From Takakia lepidozioides (Eukaryota > Plantae > Bryophyta): DNA of 64,000 nucleotides. Of the stretch, positions 62,289 through 64,000 are shown in pieces. The notes under the pieces were generated by a model that did no database searches, was not told the DNA's origin, and worked only from the letters and a program-made list of their open reading frames with translations. Location: assembly GCA_030704615.1 (NCBI GenBank), contig CM060731.1:73408001-73472000 (forward strand). Reading direction: 5' to 3'. The position numbers were made by a program, and so were the translations under genes. Numbering within the stretch: position 1 is the first letter of the stretch; the number at the start of each line of letters is the position of its first letter.

Positions 62289-63893
62289 CTAAACATGAGA
62301 TTGTAGCTTCCACACTTCCGGTGTTTCAAAGGAGCAAACAGGAGAGAGGGTGAAGGCTTGGGGCATTCCACAGGCACACTGTGCTTGCACACGGAAATCC
62401 AGTGTGCTGCAGGCATCTGGAACAGGCAGCAAGTGCACATAGAAGGCCTCCACCATTGCCACTCCCAGATAGTTTGAGTCCTCATATCCAAGGCTGCCCA
62501 CAGATTCTGGTCTGCCTACTTCTCCTCCTGCCTGTGTTTTACAAACGTACACATAGTACCGAACCCATTTGCAGCCACTGTGTCTGTCAGCTCCAGACTC
62601 CAGCTTGCTGGTCCTCAAACTCCAGATCAGATTCAAGCTAACAAACCTATGTTCTTGGGACACTTGTATCCAAGAGGGGCTGCAACTTTCAAAGATGATG
62701 GAGGGTAAAATGCTGTCATGTTCTTCGCACCTGCTGATGCGAATGTGTCCCAGCAATGCATCGTAGACATTATCCATGCCAGACATGCCTTTAATACTGG
62801 CTGATCTTCGAGAAGACTCACTTGTGTTGTCACTATCCAAAATATTTTTCTCGATAGCAGAAAACAATTTGTCAATGTGTAAAGTATTGGAGAAAACAAC
62901 CCCATAGATGTGTCCAACTACACAGTCGCCAAGTTTCAACATATGTTTGCGTACACTCCAAGTACTGCGCCCTGCAGTGTCTCTGGCAATGGTGTCAGAA
63001 GTGATGGGCAGCTTTTGAACAAAACAATCCTCATTGTTTCCATATTCTTGTACCTTATCCCCTTCCGTCATCAATAATACTGAAGTCCATCTACCTCCCT
63101 TGCATACCCTGACTACGAGGCAAAAATGGAAGTCAATTCCAAGCAAGACCTGCAAGATAAGCCATTTGCCACAGTTTATTTGAGATCCGTATCTTAAGAG
63201 TTAGTAGAGAAAAGTTATGACAACCCAAATACTTTCTTGAAACTACTAAAAGTGACAACGATTCCCAATCGAGAACAGCATATGCATCCTCAAAGACGTT
63301 GTAGGATGCTTCTGGTTGGGAACAGGATGAGGATTACTGAATAGGAGACATGGAGAGGTGCTCCAACAACAGGCACATTAGCGTGATATAGTAGCACAAC
63401 ATCCAGCATGCCGCATCCTGAGAATCTGATGCATGATCCTCCACTGAATGCAGCCTCCTCCTGACTGCCATGCCATGTCATTTGGTCAGCTGCACATATA
63501 CCCCCTAAAACCTTCTTGTGGGAGTTTGCACTAACTGCCTAAACCTTGCCCCTAATTCTCCTTCCTCTCATCCACACGACCACAATGGACTTAGCCTCCT
63601 CCTGCCAGTCATTCCATGTCATTTGGTCAGCTGCACATAAACCCCTTTAAGTTTTCTTGTGGCAGCTTGCCACTAACTGCCTAAACCTTGCCCCTAATTC
63701 TCCTTCCTCTCATCCACACAACCAAAACGGACCTTGTCACAATGCCAGTGGTGTCTTGTAATGCATCCTTGTTGCTCAAGAAGACGGGAAAACAGATTCA
63801 ACATGGGCACTGTGGAAAAAAAATTTACCTTATCCTGACTTGCAAACTATGTTCTTTTGCTTCCTGAGACTCCTTCACCACCCACAGAAGTGG
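62289..63893 (-). CDS. ENGASE: Cytosolic endo-beta-N-acetylglucosaminidase (GH85 ENGase), 3' exons; gene continues beyond the right edge
   Basis: Exons 63829-63893 (PLLWVVKES…LQVRI), 63338-63464 (SQEEAAFSGGSCIRFSG…PLHVSYS) and 62289-63149 (…WTSVLL…WSVRKHML…YDALLGHIRI…YYVYV…YLGVAMVEAFYV…FRVQAQCACG). Splice phases are consistent. Confidence 0.8.
63453..63724. repeat. About 142-bp tandem duplication of an ENGase intron end plus exon start
   Basis: GCCTCCTCCTG…CATGTCATTTGGTCAGCTGCACA…CCTCTCATCCACAC at 63453 and 63595. Confidence 0.85.
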
Positions 63894-64000
63894 CTGTATG
63901 GCAATAATCCGCCCCCAAGGAAATGTTACCCAACATAGCCCCACTCCCAGACAGAACACAAACCCTGTGTCTCTTTTGAGGCAAAAAAGATTAGGAAAAG

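Overview
Eukaryotic land-plant nuclear DNA; the gene set and spliced structure suggest a non-seed plant (inference). Host genes, left to right: a Nudix hydrolase (-, probably truncated at the left edge), exocyst SEC5 (+), F-actin capping protein alpha (+), an intronless bifunctional nuclease of the DUF151/BBD type (-), an F-box/kelch-like gene (+) in an AT-rich island, an orphan RPL12 last exon, a rhomboid-like UBA protein (-) and the 3' part of a GH85 endo-beta-N-acetylglucosaminidase (-). From about 38.4 to 52.4 kb there is a nested transposon stack: a decayed L1-type LINE interrupted by a satellite-like insert and by a 9.5-kb Ty3/gypsy-type element, which itself carries a CACTA insert. That element is the main finding. 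Its LTRs are circularly permuted: the 5' LTR runs straight into the PBS without a CA end, while AGGCTTCACA occurs both between the PPT and the 3' LTR (forming TCACA-GA-TGTGA) and again as the right terminus. This is the structure expected if a 2-LTR circle were opened at an internal att-like junction and integrated. Its RT is also split between opposite strands, and it has a dUTPase-like domain and extra ORFs. Other notable items are a large foldback with three nested hairpins (candidate MIRNA/hpRNA locus), a TRIM-like LTR containing a tRNA-like box, and G-rich, pyrimidine-poor 3' splice sites in many host introns. All calls come from reading the sequence by eye; no searches were run.
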